In this document: positions 28,831 to 39,008 of the stretch, piece after piece | Layout of the letters: each line of letters begins with the position of its first letter | How positions within the stretch are numbered: the stretch's first letter is position 1 | Source of the DNA: a virus | Length of the DNA: 64,000 bases | Strand: one strand, 5' to 3' | Virus record (IMG/VR): IMGVR_UViG_3300024999_000067 | Location: 22,589-86,588 of that record | Notes under the pieces: model-generated | Database searches by the model: none | What the model was told of the DNA's origin: nothing | The model's input: the letters and a program-made list of their open reading frames with translations, nothing else | Program-made: the position numbers and the translations under genes

Positions 28831-30360
28831 AACGCATAACTGATCTCTAATGTACTGATAGAATCCATCTTTTCCAAATAAGTCTGTACCTGTGGTTGAA
28901 ATCCCTGAACTGTCTTTAGGAAAACCAATAGAAGTCAAGGCGTAGGAATTACCACTTGCTCCATTAGATAAAACTTGGTTTGTTCCGTTACCAAATAATT
29001 GAGTTACGGAAGAACCACCAGATGCAGCAATAAAAGGCATAGTAATAGCCTCCATCATTGCTGCAACTCCAACTGATCCCCAATGATCTGTGGCTAGAGT
29101 AGCTCCTGCAGTGAAAGATTTCATAGATACTGACTCTTTCGCTACATAAAAAGACCCTGTATAGATTGTTCCACCAGAAACCCATGCAGTATACCCAGTA
29201 GCATTAACTCCATCTAAAGTAAAATTAGTAGGATCAACTACAGTCACAGTAAACAATTTATCGTTTAGCTGCGTAGTTCCCACAATAGATGTAATATTAA
29301 CAATTTGTCCAGTAGTATATCCATGGGCTGCTGTGGTTGTGACCTGACATGGATTAGCTAACGTAATAGCAGATATGGCTTTAGTTGTTACAATGCTTGT
29401 CATTCCAATTAAAATCTGCCACATATTTCCATTTATATCAGATACACCACAAGCTTGTCCATTGTGCGTAGTTTTAGCAAATAGATTTCCAGATCCTGTT
29501 TTGGCACAATTTGGATATCCATCAGAAACATACAGGACTGTAGTATCATTAGTATCCCTTAGTGCGTTATTGTTGTTCCCTTTAGGAAAGTTTGTAGTAG
29601 CGGATGCCCACCAAGCGCAATTCGCAGTACCAGTCGCAGCTTGCCCATGCGCTAAAGAAAGCATAGCAAGTGCAGAACTCATGAATACAGATTGATTAAA
29701 AAATATACTTGAGTTATTTACAGCACCATTTACACCATCTCTCGCTTTCGCAGCAGTAAGGAAAGCATAATTTGCATTTATTCCTAATACTGACGTAAGA
29801 GCACTGATAGGATTATGATCTGATCCAGAAGAAAGTGGTAATCCATTCTTTATAGAACTTGCGATAAAACCAGTCCCCTTGGCGTTTTTACTGACTTGAT
29901 ACTTATCAATGAAGAATCCAGGCTGCTCTACACCACCATCAATAAATGCCCTATGTAACACGAATCCAGCAGCAGTCGCAGCAGCCCTATTAGCAAATGT
30001 TTCTGATCCGACAATATTAATATCGTTAGGAGTGTAAATTGAATAAGTAGGGTTTTCAGAATGGTTTATCCTGTAAAAGAACTTAGGAATCCAGACCATT
30101 ACGGAACCATCAGAGAACTGGTAGTTTCCATAATTAGGGGAAAGAGGATCGGAATATCCTGACATGGGGGTAAATCCAACAGGTAGTACAGCAGGATCAC
30201 AAACTCCTACTCCAAATCCAGTAGAACCTGGGAGTCCTATGGTCATTACATTTCCAAGTATGCCAGCATGCATCCAGCCAGGATTGCCAAGTGTATCTTG
30301 ACCGTAAACTTTTGCTCCATTGGTCGATATTGGGGCAGCCGAAGTATTAATGTTTGGCAT
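28711..30360 (-). CDS. DGR target / receptor-binding protein with C-type lectin (FGE-like) fold
   Basis: VMVWIPKF, FFIDKYQ, THNG..CGVSDINGNMWQ and C-terminal CLec VR motif. Confidence 0.85.
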   Translation of the reverse strand: MPNINTSAAPISTNGAKVYGQDTLGNPGWMHAGILGNVMTIGLPGSTGFGVGVCDPAVLPVGFTPMSGYSDPLSPNYGNYQFSDGSVMVWIPKFFYRINHSENPTYSIYTPNDINIVGSETFANRAAATAAGFVLHRAFIDGGVEQPGFFIDKYQVSKNAKGTGFIASSIKNGLPLSSGSDHNPISALTSVLGINANYAFLTAAKARDGVNGAVNNSSIFFNQSVFMSSALAMLSLAHGQAATGTANCAWWASATTNFPKGNNNNALRDTNDTTVLYVSDGYPNCAKTGSGNLFAKTTHNGQACGVSDINGNMWQILIGMTSIVTTKAISAITLANPCQVTTTAAHGYTTGQIVNITSIVGTTQLNDKLFTVTVVDPTNFTLDGVNATGYTAWVSGGTIYTGSFYVAKESVSMKSFTAGATLATDHWGSVGVAAMMEAITMPFIAASGGSSVTQLFGNGTNQVLSNGASGNSYALTSIGFPKDSSGISTTGTDLFGKDGFYQYIRDQLCVIGSGNWNAGSLAGVWLRYLGSIRSFSNAHYGGRSACYPV

Positions 30361-30361
30361 A

Positions 30362-33049
30362 TCAAACTCCTAGGTATAGATTTTCATTGTTTATTGTAAG
30401 TTCTACAAAGTTTACAGATATGTATGGTGGTAGCCCTAAAACACGGTCTACTCTTAGTTGGTCGGCGAAACTAAGAGGTGTTCTGTAGACCGCCATGCCC
30501 CTATCCCCGATCCGTATCTTCGCTGTCGGCACCAGCGCAGCCAGATCGACACTGGCGTTGCCGGTGAACTCGGGGATGAGCTGAAAGTCTCTGCCGAGGG
30601 GGGCCTGAAAGTTGCCGACTGGGAAGGCTGTACCATCGAATGCGCCGTCTATGCCGAGGGGTCCGGGAACAACAACAGGAGTGCTCTCGGCTTTGGCAAA
30701 ATCAAAAATTGTCCCATTGAATACGCCCACTCCATCAGTTTTACTGCCGATAAAAATAGTCTCTCCCCAGCCGATTGCGGCGGTAACTGTCTCGTCGGTA
30801 TCAGTTGCGCCGTTCAGGATCATTGTTGTCCCTGTGGGTGTGTGATCAATCACTAGAGTGTTGATCTCGTTCAGCGCCACTGAGCCTGATGAAGTCAATA
30901 TCGCGGACCCGCCGCCCGAATAAACAATTTTGTTCAGAGCCGAGATATAAATACCATTTGTTCCATCAGACAACAGCCATTGCTCTGTGTCGGCCAGGTT
31001 GGGGATAAACTTTATACTGATTTCGTCGCGTCCGCTCAGTCCAGTGTCCGTCAGGGTGTCAGCAATATTTGTCTCCCCAGGAATTGATACAACGCCATCA
31101 ATTGTGTGATAATTACTCGCCGCCCCGGTCCACACAACATCTCCGTCAGATACAGGGGCAGAATTATCAGGGAATGTGACGGCATCAGCAGAAGTTGTCC
31201 CGCCAGTCGTGCAGGTAAACCATCTCTTAATGCTGTCTGAGCATACAGCAGAGATCTTATCTCCGATGGAGTATGCAGTTGATCTCCTGGATGGTAAGTG
31301 TGTGTCAAATATTTTATTGCCATCAACAGTGGTGTATGGCTGCAATGTTACGGACTGGTTCGGAGATAGTATGGCTATTCCTGCGGCAATGGCCAGGTGG
31401 CCGGCTGAATTAGAATGGAGACCATCTGAGGAGTCGTAGGCAGCTAATATATTAATGGTTCCAGGATCACGGAGGATCTCATACAAATCAATCTTGTCAC
31501 GGTCTAGCGTCCTCACCCATGCGCTGTATGCCTCTGCCCTTGACTGTTTGTCTGCGGTCCAGCCAGAATAATTTCCAAACGGTGGAATTGTACAGATAAT
31601 CGGATGGATAGATGCTGCATCAGCCTTAGCAAGCATTGAGTTGAGCGATGCTTGCATGTCTGCCAAGGTCCGTGCAGTATTAATCACATCATTAACACCA
31701 CCCATTATCAGCACTGCAATCGGAGCACCAGCAACAACGTCAGTGGCAAACCGAGTATCAAGATCAGCCAAAGTCTGCCCGGAGATACCAGATTTAACCA
31801 TCCCTGTTATCCCGATGATTTGACCGAGATGCGTGATATATGTTCCGGTGGCTGTGTAGGAATCTCCAATAGCTACAGACTTGTTGAGTTTGTTGTACTG
31901 GACAGTGTCATGCAGCACAGATTTAGTGGCACTGGTGGTTTTGATATACTCGAATGGCATCAACCGTGGCCGGCCTGTAATAATCTCAGCTTGATATCCA
32001 GTAACTGTAAACGCCTTATTGGAATTTGTTGGGTATGCAATAACCCCAAAATTTCTGTTTGCTGCGCCAGCAGTAGTGGTGCGGACCGCAGAACATTTGT
32101 ACGTTCCATCTGGTTGCAACTCAGGGATATTTGCAACTGTGGTTATGTTAGCATCTATACTGAGCATCAGGTCGCTATTAACGTCAGTTGTGGAGACCCC
32201 AATACGTGGGACCGAATCGTCTGCCATCTTGACAAAACAGGAAAATCTGTACACATATCCAGTCACGGTGGTTAATTGCTTAAACGCTGACCGGAATGTA
32301 GCTGATTCGGGGAAAAGTAGAGCATTAACAAAACCGGCAAGCGAGGTGACAGTTACATTTGCGGTCGTGGAGTTGAGATCGGCTTTGCCGTTTGTAAACT
32401 CTGACTCTAATAGCAGATTCTTCGCAATCCTACTGCCTTTAATAGCTGGAGATAGTCCACCAGAGGAATACACAGCCGACATATCAGCATCAGTGCCACT
32501 GTAATCTGCTACAGCCGTTGTAGGTGCGTCAATGGTCAACGCCCCGGTTGTTACAGCGCCTGTGGAGCTTATCCGGTAAAGCACACCACCCGGGAGGGAG
32601 AATCCGTTCTCATTGACATAGTTCGTCCCGCTCCCGTCCAGCCTTTCGGTAATTGTCGTACCCACCAGCCCTGTCAGGTGATGACCATTACCCGAGGCGT
32701 CAAGCTCCGTAGCCTGGCCGACATTAATCCCCTTCCAACTCGCCCACCTCACACCATCCCGGAACACATCAATATCCCAACAATCCGGCCCAGGGAATGT
32801 CAGCGTACCATTCACGGTACATGTCGGAGCGTCGCCGGAGGCTGTGATGGTGTCGGTGACCAACAGGCCGGGGCAGGGTGAGCTGCCCGCGCCGAGGAAG
32901 CCGCTGGACTTTACTTGCTGGGTGGTGTGGTTGGCATGAGGATATCTGGCGACGAGCTTGCCGTCTGTTACAGTAGTCTTGTAATAAGCAAGCAGGGTAT
33001 CCCGATTAGGAAGTGATCTTCTATTATTAAGTAAACCAAAGTTTAGCAT
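30362..33049 (-). CDS. Tail fibre/spike with SGNH (GDSL) esterase and lectin-like domains
   Basis: GDSYT, GISGQ, GGVND, DGLH SGNH blocks; LamG-like FIG...FNGTIFD. Confidence 0.75.
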   Translation of the reverse strand: MLNFGLLNNRRSLPNRDTLLAYYKTTVTDGKLVARYPHANHTTQQVKSSGFLGAGSSPCPGLLVTDTITASGDAPTCTVNGTLTFPGPDCWDIDVFRDGVRWASWKGINVGQATELDASGNGHHLTGLVGTTITERLDGSGTNYVNENGFSLPGGVLYRISSTGAVTTGALTIDAPTTAVADYSGTDADMSAVYSSGGLSPAIKGSRIAKNLLLESEFTNGKADLNSTTANVTVTSLAGFVNALLFPESATFRSAFKQLTTVTGYVYRFSCFVKMADDSVPRIGVSTTDVNSDLMLSIDANITTVANIPELQPDGTYKCSAVRTTTAGAANRNFGVIAYPTNSNKAFTVTGYQAEIITGRPRLMPFEYIKTTSATKSVLHDTVQYNKLNKSVAIGDSYTATGTYITHLGQIIGITGMVKSGISGQTLADLDTRFATDVVAGAPIAVLIMGGVNDVINTARTLADMQASLNSMLAKADAASIHPIICTIPPFGNYSGWTADKQSRAEAYSAWVRTLDRDKIDLYEILRDPGTINILAAYDSSDGLHSNSAGHLAIAAGIAILSPNQSVTLQPYTTVDGNKIFDTHLPSRRSTAYSIGDKISAVCSDSIKRWFTCTTGGTTSADAVTFPDNSAPVSDGDVVWTGAASNYHTIDGVVSIPGETNIADTLTDTGLSGRDEISIKFIPNLADTEQWLLSDGTNGIYISALNKIVYSGGGSAILTSSGSVALNEINTLVIDHTPTGTTMILNGATDTDETVTAAIGWGETIFIGSKTDGVGVFNGTIFDFAKAESTPVVVPGPLGIDGAFDGTAFPVGNFQAPLGRDFQLIPEFTGNASVDLAALVPTAKIRIGDRGMAVYRTPLSFADQLRVDRVLGLPPYISVNFVELTINNENLYLGV

Positions 33050-33053
33050 AATA

Positions 33054-33323
33054 TTACCCGAAATGGAAAGTTCCAGTAGTAATAGTTACTGACTTAGCCC
33101 CTATAATAGAAAAAGTATTTCCTTCAATGGCATCTATGCTACTGGTTGTATCATCATCCCATGTAATGGTAAATCCACCATCAACTACACAATAAACAAG
33201 GTTAGTTATTTGGGCACCATCTGCAATAGTTAAATTTACTTTCCCCTTAACTAATGGCATGGCCTGTATCAGACCGTTACCATCACTCTTAGCTAACACC
33301 GAATCTCTCATAATTTCCTCCAT
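33054..33323 (-). CDS. Small beta-rich virion-associated protein
   Basis: Precedes fibre gene; GGAGG SD. Confidence 0.5.
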   Translation of the reverse strand: MEEIMRDSVLAKSDGNGLIQAMPLVKGKVNLTIADGAQITNLVYCVVDGGFTITWDDDTTSSIDAIEGNTFSIIGAKSVTITTGTFHFG

Positions 33324-33350
33324 AAATTGGATAAGAATATCATTACTTGG

Positions 33351-33379
33351 ATCATACTACAAAAATTTGTACTATACAA
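33351..33379 (-). promoter_or_regulatory. Sigma70-like promoter for the receptor-binding/DGR/lysis block
   Basis: TTGTAT-N17-TATGAT. Confidence 0.55.
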
Positions 33380-33602
33380 GAAAAGTTTTTCTTGACTTTT
33401 CAATACCTGCGTATCCTTGGATAACTCGGTCAAATACTACTACCCGATCACCAACTTTATATGGAGTAGTGGATTCTACCTGCATTTTACCGGTATCAGT
33501 AGAAATAATGTACCGAAGATATTCAGGGTTCCCAACTATAGTTCCAATTATTTTAACCGTCTTTTTCTTACTGTTCAGGATACTGTCTAAAATTTCTTTC
33601 AT
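33372..33602 (-). CDS. Small tail-tip protein (OB-fold-like)
   Basis: YKVGDRVVV; coupled to upstream tail genes. Confidence 0.5.
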   Translation of the reverse strand: MKEILDSILNSKKKTVKIIGTIVGNPEYLRYIISTDTGKMQVESTTPYKVGDRVVVFDRVIQGYAGIEKSRKTFLV

Positions 33603-33940
33603 TCTGCCACCTTTTCTATTTCAATTGAAGAACGTGCTGAGAAAACACCCCCTTTCTTCTTCTGAATTGTAATGGAAAATTTCAATAACTTACCACGGTA
33701 AATACCATATTCTTTATCAATTGCTTCTACTAAAGAGGAAGGTTTCAAATAAGGGGTCAAGGAGCAATTGGCACTGACGATTTCTTTATCCTGTTCCTCT
33801 CTATCGATGACAGCCCTTGCAGCAGATGCCGCAACTAAATCCGTTAAAATAAGGCTATTAGAAATAGTATCCCCTACGATGCATTGATCAGAAAGTTCCA
33901 CGCAACATTCCGGCTTTCTCGTAACACATAAATTTATCAT
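33599..33940 (-). CDS. Tail-tip protein
   Basis: Translationally coupled in tail operon. Confidence 0.5.
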   Translation of the reverse strand: MINLCVTRKPECCVELSDQCIVGDTISNSLILTDLVAASAARAVIDREEQDKEIVSANCSLTPYLKPSSLVEAIDKEYGIYRGKLLKFSITIQKKKGGVFSARSSIEIEKVAE

Positions 33941-34470
33941 GATTTCTCCAAGTAAATGGCGATATATACTTCATAGGTATCAAATGAGAGAACTTGTGGT
34001 GTTAACCGATAAGAATTGAAAGAAACTGGATAAGTTACTTTACAGTAACATGGAATAGTACCAGTTCTAATATCTACTTTCATCTGTTCTTGATCTACGT
34101 AAAGTGGGCCACCTACGTTACCATACCATACTGGGGGTAAAGAATCACTAGGAACGTAGGATATACTTGGTTTATTATCAACAGAATTGATTTCAGTGAA
34201 CACTAAATCGTTTTCTCTGGTTCTGGTAACTGAACCGAGAGCAGTAATATCACCAGCAGTAGCCAATATTTTAGAGATGTAAATACCATCAGGACATTTA
34301 GTTAAGAAATGGTATGGATCCCCTGGAGCAAAACTGGTTTTCTCTACCACTTTACCATCAGAATCGGTAACAGTATCAAGTATTTCATCATGTTCAACGG
34401 TACAAGAACTGGAATCTTGGGTTACCCCTTCCCCATAATGCAAAACTATTGTTGCATGTACTTTACTCAT
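33937..34470 (-). CDS. Tail-tip protein
   Basis: Translationally coupled in tail operon. Confidence 0.5.
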   Translation of the reverse strand: MSKVHATIVLHYGEGVTQDSSSCTVEHDEILDTVTDSDGKVVEKTSFAPGDPYHFLTKCPDGIYISKILATAGDITALGSVTRTRENDLVFTEINSVDNKPSISYVPSDSLPPVWYGNVGGPLYVDQEQMKVDIRTGTIPCYCKVTYPVSFNSYRLTPQVLSFDTYEVYIAIYLEKS

Positions 34471-36784
34471 GTACTGGCCTCAGTATGCATTGGACGTCTT
34501 TAATATTGGGGGAAGTTACCAACCATTTATGGTATTTAGTAGTATAAGTAATCTTCAGCAAAGATTCACCAGGAATTTCAGAGGTTAATGTACCATCTTC
34601 AGCAAAAGTAATTCCTCCTAAAGAGTCCATAACCCATTCAATAGTATTTCTTACATATATCGGTTTAGAGACATGCCCAGAACCATTGACAAATTCAATC
34701 AATTCATATGGTACCTCTGAATCGATTGAATGCATGTTTTCTGTAACCACTCCAAGGTACTCAATAAGCACAGAAGTGCCACCAGAAGTATCAAGATAAA
34801 CTTCTTCACTATCCCATGGAGTATGGAATCCTTTCACATATTTTGCAATACTGGATACTACTTCTTCTTCCAAATTATAGGTACTATTGGCAGTTAATTG
34901 ATCCGATACATAAACAGTGTTTACCCCTGATCTTTCTTCTGAAGTAGTGGAAACATTCTCGTAACGGATATCTTGTTTCAGATCAATATCAACTGTTTCT
35001 GTTTGGTAACTGGGAACCTTCTTTGGGTACACATGCATGATCTCCAATCCACCTGCTGGGGTAGACTGCATTATGGCCCCCAAAGGTTCCAGTATTTTTC
35101 TGATCACTGCCAGTGGTTTCTCATTATTAGCAAACAGATAACCAGCAGGTATAAGTTCATCTACCAATTGACCACTCTCATACACATTCCAACTTACAGG
35201 AATACTATGAATGGCTGCAAGTTCTACTACTGTGGTAGATGCCAAATTAGCAGGAAATTCTTTCTGCAATGTTGGGGAATATTTACTATCCAGAAGCACA
35301 GATTGACTTCTGCAAGTTAAAGTGTATATGGTAGAATTAACAGTAGTAGTCCTGGTTTTCTCCCATAACAATAAATGGAATTCTTTTGTATCGGAACCAA
35401 CTGTTATGGTAATTACAACATTGGCTTTCTTAATGCATAATGGAAAGTAATCTGGTTTATGTAAAGTGAATGTTCCCTCGATGTAATGTTGTTCAATATC
35501 ACAGTTTACGTTTACATTTTCGGATGGTACTTGTACTCCCGAAATAGTAACTTTATAATCTATTGTATTGTTCAACAAAATATTGGAAGTTATGTTCCAA
35601 TTCTGCCGTAAACCAGAAACTATAGAATTAAGCAATTCCAAATTATAGTTCTGGGACAGTTTTAATGGTGCCCCAACTGTATGTTCTGTAATAGAATAGG
35701 AATGATCGGAACTGGCAACAATATTTCCAATTAAAGTAAATGCCTGTTGTAATTGAACAATGGTTCTTATTTCTTTTCCGTAAACCTGTTCCAATATTTT
35801 TATAATATTCCTACTGGAACTATAATATTGTTCCAAGAATTTTGTAATGGATTTGGCATCCCCGTAATGTTGGGTGAGGGTAATTAGAAGTTGTAGACCA
35901 TACTGTTGTTGGCATAAGTTAAAACAAGTTAGAGTTAAAATGTATGGTTGTTCTATAAAACAAAGAAGATTCTCCCGCAAATCGTAAGATTGGGAAATTG
36001 AACAAATTAAATCTTCTTCAAAATTATACAGTTGATCTAAGTTAATATGTATTGTCGGATCAAGAATAGTCGGGGCCGCATCCTTGTACGGATGATCAGC
36101 CGCCAGGTTGCCCTGTAATCCAAAGTTCCAGGCGTAAAATCCCTCGACACGCTGGCGATTATCGTCGGTAGGAATCCCGGCTAAAAGCAAAAATGCGGCA
36201 ATATAACCATCTAAAAAATAAACATTTGAACCATTCGTCCGGCCCAAATAAATTCCGGTAGCCGTTGTGACAATATTGGAGGTAGTGGAATAAAGTTGAA
36301 CGCCGTCCAAACGGTTTTTCCAACTTCCAGCCGCCGATTCGACTGAATAAATACGGGGGTCTCCAAGGGACGGCGTTGGGTTTACCGTTGTTTTTCTCGC
36401 CGATGATGCAAAATTGTCGTAAATTGATCCATTTGTACCTGGATACATCGTGACCAGGCTGGCAGTGCTATATCCCCACAGGCCGCTATTATAGACATCC
36501 GGTTGAGGATCGGTGGCCTTGACCACCACAAACCCGGTAACGGCGGTTTGTGCAGGCACGCCGGAAATCAACAGGAAATCATTAACGGCATCAAACTGGA
36601 TGACGTTCTTCCCGTTCAATCCGCCGCTGACCAATGCCGGTTGGTTTGCGGCAGTAGCCTGCACTGCATTTCGGCCGTTACCAGACTTATCGGCCCAGAT
36701 ACTGACACCGGTCTCGACAGTGACTGCACAGGTGTCATCCAGTTCGACAAGCGGGGCAAGCTGCGCTGGAGTCCAGAGGGCCAT
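34463..36784 (-). CDS. Tail hub-like protein with N-terminal LamG/concanavalin-like lectin module
   Basis: WADKSGNGR.A.Q...QP...NG..VIQFD...YLDGYIA...VEGF.AW lectin module, then hub-like PLAVIRKILEPLGA region. Confidence 0.6.
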   Translation of the reverse strand: MALWTPAQLAPLVELDDTCAVTVETGVSIWADKSGNGRNAVQATAANQPALVSGGLNGKNVIQFDAVNDFLLISGVPAQTAVTGFVVVKATDPQPDVYNSGLWGYSTASLVTMYPGTNGSIYDNFASSARKTTVNPTPSLGDPRIYSVESAAGSWKNRLDGVQLYSTTSNIVTTATGIYLGRTNGSNVYFLDGYIAAFLLLAGIPTDDNRQRVEGFYAWNFGLQGNLAADHPYKDAAPTILDPTIHINLDQLYNFEEDLICSISQSYDLRENLLCFIEQPYILTLTCFNLCQQQYGLQLLITLTQHYGDAKSITKFLEQYYSSSRNIIKILEQVYGKEIRTIVQLQQAFTLIGNIVASSDHSYSITEHTVGAPLKLSQNYNLELLNSIVSGLRQNWNITSNILLNNTIDYKVTISGVQVPSENVNVNCDIEQHYIEGTFTLHKPDYFPLCIKKANVVITITVGSDTKEFHLLLWEKTRTTTVNSTIYTLTCRSQSVLLDSKYSPTLQKEFPANLASTTVVELAAIHSIPVSWNVYESGQLVDELIPAGYLFANNEKPLAVIRKILEPLGAIMQSTPAGGLEIMHVYPKKVPSYQTETVDIDLKQDIRYENVSTTSEERSGVNTVYVSDQLTANSTYNLEEEVVSSIAKYVKGFHTPWDSEEVYLDTSGGTSVLIEYLGVVTENMHSIDSEVPYELIEFVNGSGHVSKPIYVRNTIEWVMDSLGGITFAEDGTLTSEIPGESLLKITYTTKYHKWLVTSPNIKDVQCILRPVHE

Positions 36785-37182
36785 TATTTAACGCCCCCGG
36801 TGATCTCGAGAGCACTCTTGGCGCTGTATTCGGTGTGCCGACAGTCAGTATTCATGCAAACTATCGCCGTCCGCAGTCCCTCGCCGACATTGGTAGCCGG
36901 GGAGATGTTAACCAGCTCGATGGTTGCCGGGGCCCCGCAGGCCGCACAGACGGTGGTCGGTCTCGTCGCCCGGCGCAGACTCCGCTCTTTGCGTTTTTCC
37001 CTGGGCAGGACAGCCATGGCCGTCTTTTTGGCATCGATTGCTCTTGCTGCAATATGCTCATGCAAACGCTGCCGAATGATCCTTGGATCGGTAACGCCAG
37101 CAGCCTCGCACTGGGTGAGCAGTTGCTGCATGTTACGCAAATCAGATAGCCCATACGCCTGGAAATTCATCAGCACCTCCAC
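36784..37182 (-). CDS. Zinc-ribbon protein in tail module (GC-rich)
   Basis: CAAC...CMNTDC; GGAGG SD. Confidence 0.6.
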   Translation of the reverse strand: MEVLMNFQAYGLSDLRNMQQLLTQCEAAGVTDPRIIRQRLHEHIAARAIDAKKTAMAVLPREKRKERSLRRATRPTTVCAACGAPATIELVNISPATNVGEGLRTAIVCMNTDCRHTEYSAKSALEITGGVK

Positions 37183-39008
37183 TCATAGACATAACTGTAG
37201 ACCACAGATCTGAAATGGGCCTTGGCATACCACCAGTAGGAATCTGGTTCGAGTAATCCGTAATAGGCAAAGACGTCCATATCACAACTAGACACCCAGG
37301 CGGGATCATAATTAGGAAAAGATGTGCCGGTATTTGCACATGGAGAGTAGCCACTGCCGTGAAAACAGACCTCACAGCGGTTATTTTGAGCACAATAGGT
37401 AGATATTTCGGCCAAGTGGTCATTGTATTTTCCCATACAAGCAGTGTGGGCTGCTTCCTCAGAGGCATAGGCTTGACCCGCTTCAAACGACGGATAAATA
37501 CTTTGTTGAATTTTGAAATTATTCTTAATTACTTCAAACTCATCACCACTGATATGGTCGCTACTACAATCACCAAACACTCCACAACTCGCGACACTGC
37601 CGTCGCCCTGGAAGGTTAATACCCATGAACCATTGGTCGATCGCACCCCGCCATTCGCAATACTGCAGCCGTCCGTAACCTCAATCGGGCACCAGCCGCA
37701 GGCGTCTCCGACATAGACTCTGATCCAGGGTACGTCAGTCTCGGCCTCGCGCAGAGAATAATTGTCGAATGTCATGCCGACACCGCGGATCTGCCAGCGG
37801 TACGGGGCGCGGCCGCCGGTGACGAACACTAATCCCGATGAATAATCAGCCAGAACTTCTACCGAACTCTCGTAGTCCCAGACAATCGGCGTGGCATCCT
37901 CGCAGCAGTTCTGCGGTCTGACGATCTGTTCTGTATAAATGGCACCACATCCTTCAGGGGTAATGGGTCCTAATGCTATAAATTCTATTGGTCCAGGCCA
38001 TTCTCTGGTCAACTTATCAATAACTTCTTGTGGCAAAACATTACCCCCTGGATTTGGGGATTTCCAAGTTCTACATGGATTTGGTGTTCCCTCTACACAG
38101 CATTTCTCCGCATAGAAAGATGGTTCAGCTATGGGCATGGGTCCAAATGGACCAGAACCATATTCAATACATCCGTACTCAACAGGTTCTATAGGTTCTG
38201 TTTCAGGTTCTGGTTCTTCCTCTTCTTCTGTATTACCATCAGACCAACCACATATCTTAGCCAACATTTCTTTATCTGCTGCTATATCTTCTGTTGGTGC
38301 AGTAACACTTCCTTCATAAAACTGGTAATGGTAAAAAACCAAAATATTTGCATTTTGTGGTTCCCCAAATTCTGATCCTATATATTTAGGTATTCCTGGA
38401 ACTTCTATTTCTAATACATCGTAAACGGTAACAAATTCTGCTCGTAAAACACCAGTTACAGGTCTATCCCAAAATAGAGTATTACCATAAATTTCTTTTA
38501 TGACAGGAGGGGGGATTAAACCAGAAGTATCAAAAACAGAACCTACCCATGAAGCAACTAATCCAGACTTTATTGGAAAATCTAATTTAAGAGAAGACAA
38601 TCCTTCTATGGAAATAATAACAATTTTCTCTTTAGTTAAAGTAACTGTACTTTTTACTTTACCAACATCTAAATGCAAAGTGTATGGTTCATCAGGATGG
38701 CTTCGGTAAATGTTTACCAAGGCAGTGTATGTTCCACTTTTTAACCTTTTGCATTCTTCCAAATCTAATTCAGCTTTGGCTACTTCCAATAATTTTTCTT
38801 CAGTGGGTGGTTCTTCCGGTACTGCATCTGTCTGTTCTTTATCACCGTAACATGGATTCAGATCATATAATTTATCTATTACTTCCGCCACTTCCCCCGC
38901 AGTTACCAGGTCTTCTTCAATATCCTGCTCAATTCGTAACCAATATTCTTCTGCTGGAATTTCAGAAGCACTAGAAGAATATGTTACCGATGTAATTTGG
39001 GTGTTCAT
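37170..39008 (-). CDS. Cys-rich tail-tip protein, paralog 3
   Basis: Start MNTQITSVTY aligns with the two upstream genes; ~22 Cys. Confidence 0.6.
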   Translation of the reverse strand: MNTQITSVTYSSSASEIPAEEYWLRIEQDIEEDLVTAGEVAEVIDKLYDLNPCYGDKEQTDAVPEEPPTEEKLLEVAKAELDLEECKRLKSGTYTALVNIYRSHPDEPYTLHLDVGKVKSTVTLTKEKIVIISIEGLSSLKLDFPIKSGLVASWVGSVFDTSGLIPPPVIKEIYGNTLFWDRPVTGVLRAEFVTVYDVLEIEVPGIPKYIGSEFGEPQNANILVFYHYQFYEGSVTAPTEDIAADKEMLAKICGWSDGNTEEEEEPEPETEPIEPVEYGCIEYGSGPFGPMPIAEPSFYAEKCCVEGTPNPCRTWKSPNPGGNVLPQEVIDKLTREWPGPIEFIALGPITPEGCGAIYTEQIVRPQNCCEDATPIVWDYESSVEVLADYSSGLVFVTGGRAPYRWQIRGVGMTFDNYSLREAETDVPWIRVYVGDACGWCPIEVTDGCSIANGGVRSTNGSWVLTFQGDGSVASCGVFGDCSSDHISGDEFEVIKNNFKIQQSIYPSFEAGQAYASEEAAHTACMGKYNDHLAEISTYCAQNNRCEVCFHGSGYSPCANTGTSFPNYDPAWVSSCDMDVFAYYGLLEPDSYWWYAKAHFRSVVYSYVYEWRC

